Shown here one piece after another: positions 61,990 through 64,000 of a stretch of 64,000 bases of DNA. This DNA comes from Octopus vulgaris. Its lineage: Eukaryota. Location: NCBI GenBank assembly GCA_951406725.2, contig OX597814.1, forward strand, positions 56,482,001 to 56,546,000, in the 5' to 3' direction. A program made the position numbers and the translations under genes. Within the stretch, counting starts at the first letter, position 1. Each line of letters opens with the position of its first letter. The notes under the pieces were generated by a model that made no database searches, was not told the DNA's origin, and saw only the letters and a list, made by a program, of their open reading frames with translations.

Positions 61990-62349
61990 GTTCTCTACTG
62001 CTGCTGGAGAGTTCTCGTCTACTACTACTACTACTACTACTCCTAAGCTTTTATGCTCCAGACGCCGATAAGAGAGACTTTCTCAGGGCGAAAGCAGTAG
62101 TATTGTGACGCCCATACAATACTTCCTCGTTAAGTAAAGTACAAATATTGCAGATCATTGTAATGTACCTTTCTGATAATTAGAAATTCTAAATGTATTG
62201 TTATGAATATCATATTAAAGTATCAACAAAGCAAAGTAGAACCAGCTACTGGTAACTGTAAGAAACCCACGAATCAAACTGTTTTAAATTATAATAACTG
62301 CACATGAGTTTGTGTGTGTAATACTTTTATTACACACACACATATGCAT

Positions 62350-62455
<106 letters not shown>

Positions 62456-64000
62456 TTATTAGCCATACAGGGTTCGACACAGTGGGGACGATATAATGTA
62501 GAGTTTTTTCTTTTCGAGGGGGCGAAAAATAGGGACAATGATCAAAAGGGATCGAAATTGTTTGGGACATAGAAAAGTCGAAATAGTACAAAAAGAACGT
62601 AGTTCCCAAAAGTGGGGAGGTTTATCCGTGGAAAGAAAATTCTCGGGCAAAATGCACATGTGCATTACACTAAAGTACTCCCTTTCTCTTTGGTTCATAG
62701 GTCTATGCTCACCTTCCTTTCCAAATGATACTTGAAACATTTGATGAGCGATTGACCAGATAGGAAAGTGTTTGTTTCTAGTCCTTTCAAACACATTCTT
62801 TCGCCATAGCCACTACTGCAATGAAAACAGCTCTTCCTTCCCGTTTGAAGGAAGGAAGCAGGGCAATATTAATGATAGACTCGGCTGATAAACCAACTCG
62901 TCCCATACTCGACAACACTTCTTCGACATAAGCCCACAGGTCCGCATCTCGGGCAGGTTGGCCCGGTGTTTCTAGAGCCATGCCTGTAGAGCTTATCTCG
63001 AACGAGTAATGTCTCTCGATAGCACTGCCAGGCCAGGGATCTCTGGAAGTTGTCCATAGGTCCCGACCCCAAAGTTCTCATGAACAGGTGGGTCAGGTAT
63101 TCCTCGTCGACGCCCAGGTTCTCCCCAAGATCGTCGTCATACCTCCCCTCCTCTATAGAATGCTTTAGTAGTATTGCAGTCATGCAAGTTTGATCCGGGA
63201 CGGCAGAGTTGCTTGAAGGCAACGCGACTCTCGCGGTGCCATTCGCCTAGCCTCGGTCTCTTTTTGATCCACGATTGCAGTTCGGCCAAGAAGACGAGCT
63301 GCGGGAATGTGCGCTCCACAAATGGCGACCACACCCGTTCACCGTCGTCTATGAAGCGCCGGAGATATCGCAGTCTCAGCGCATGTCTGCGCATCATTGA
63401 CCACAGCATGCCCAGCCTTCCTTTTAGCGGATGTTGGCAGCAAACGGATCGCCTGACCATCGGAACGCTTCCTTTCCACAAGAAGCTGAAGAGGATGCGT
63501 TCCTGCTTGGTGATGGTAGGGTCGAGACAAGGCACGACGGTCAGGCGGTAGTAGATGATGGACACAATGTATGCGTTCGCCACCTCTGCCCGACCTTTTA
63601 GAGACAGCTTCCTCTTTGCCCATTGCTGGCCACCCTACTCGTTATCTCGTCTCCGTTTTGCTGCCAGTTGCAGTAGACTGCTTCCAAGATGCCTCCAAAC
63701 AAATCAGGCATATGACCATAAAGCTCGTAGAGCAGACCATCCAAACCCGGCAATTTGTCCCTCGAGCAATCTGCTATCGCATCCCGCACGTCCGCTAACA
63801 CGCCGCCACTCTTGCCGATAGCTGTGACAGGCTATGCAAGTAGGCACTGAAGTCTACTCTGCGTTCTGGCTCGCCATTTGTCCCAAACAGTCGGGCAAAG
63901 TGTTATTGAAAGACCTCACACATTTCTCTAGGTAATTCGCGCCCCTGTTCATCTATCAGAGACCGAATGATGGCTTTGTTGCCCTGTTGCGCTTCTGCCA
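62456..64000 (-). mobile_element. Tx1-clade LINE ORF2 3' part, internally deleted, continues past window end
   Basis: KLPGLDGL, ANAYIVSIIYYRL, FSFLWKG, GRLGM, TCPRC; ends GGCTAATAAA then (TCTA)n. Confidence 0.9.

Overview
AT-rich eukaryotic (metazoan) repeat desert with no recognisable host gene. The SINE families and extreme microsatellite load resemble cephalopod (Octopus-like) DNA; that is inference only. Nearly all sequence is decayed mobile DNA: (i) at least five lineages of RLE-type Dong/R4-like non-LTR retrotransposons stacked in same-orientation trains separated by (TAA)n; (ii) an RTE LINE with three C-terminal C2H2 fingers; (iii) a full-length but broken Tx1/L1-clade LINE and four fragments; (iv) CR1 and Penelope (GIY-YIG) remnants; (v) mariner/Tc1 copies, MITEs, a Helitron-like end and a degenerate AcademX transposon; (vi) three tRNA-type SINE families. 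Best leads: a ~170-190 nt non-coding module present twice (12.7 kb minus, 61.2 kb plus) whose hairpins are conserved by compensatory changes; the multi-family (TAA)n-targeting retrotransposon guild with a 556-bp non-coding passenger; degenerate hammerhead motifs; several long foldbacks. Family labels A-E and S1-S3 are my own; boundaries of decayed elements are approximate.
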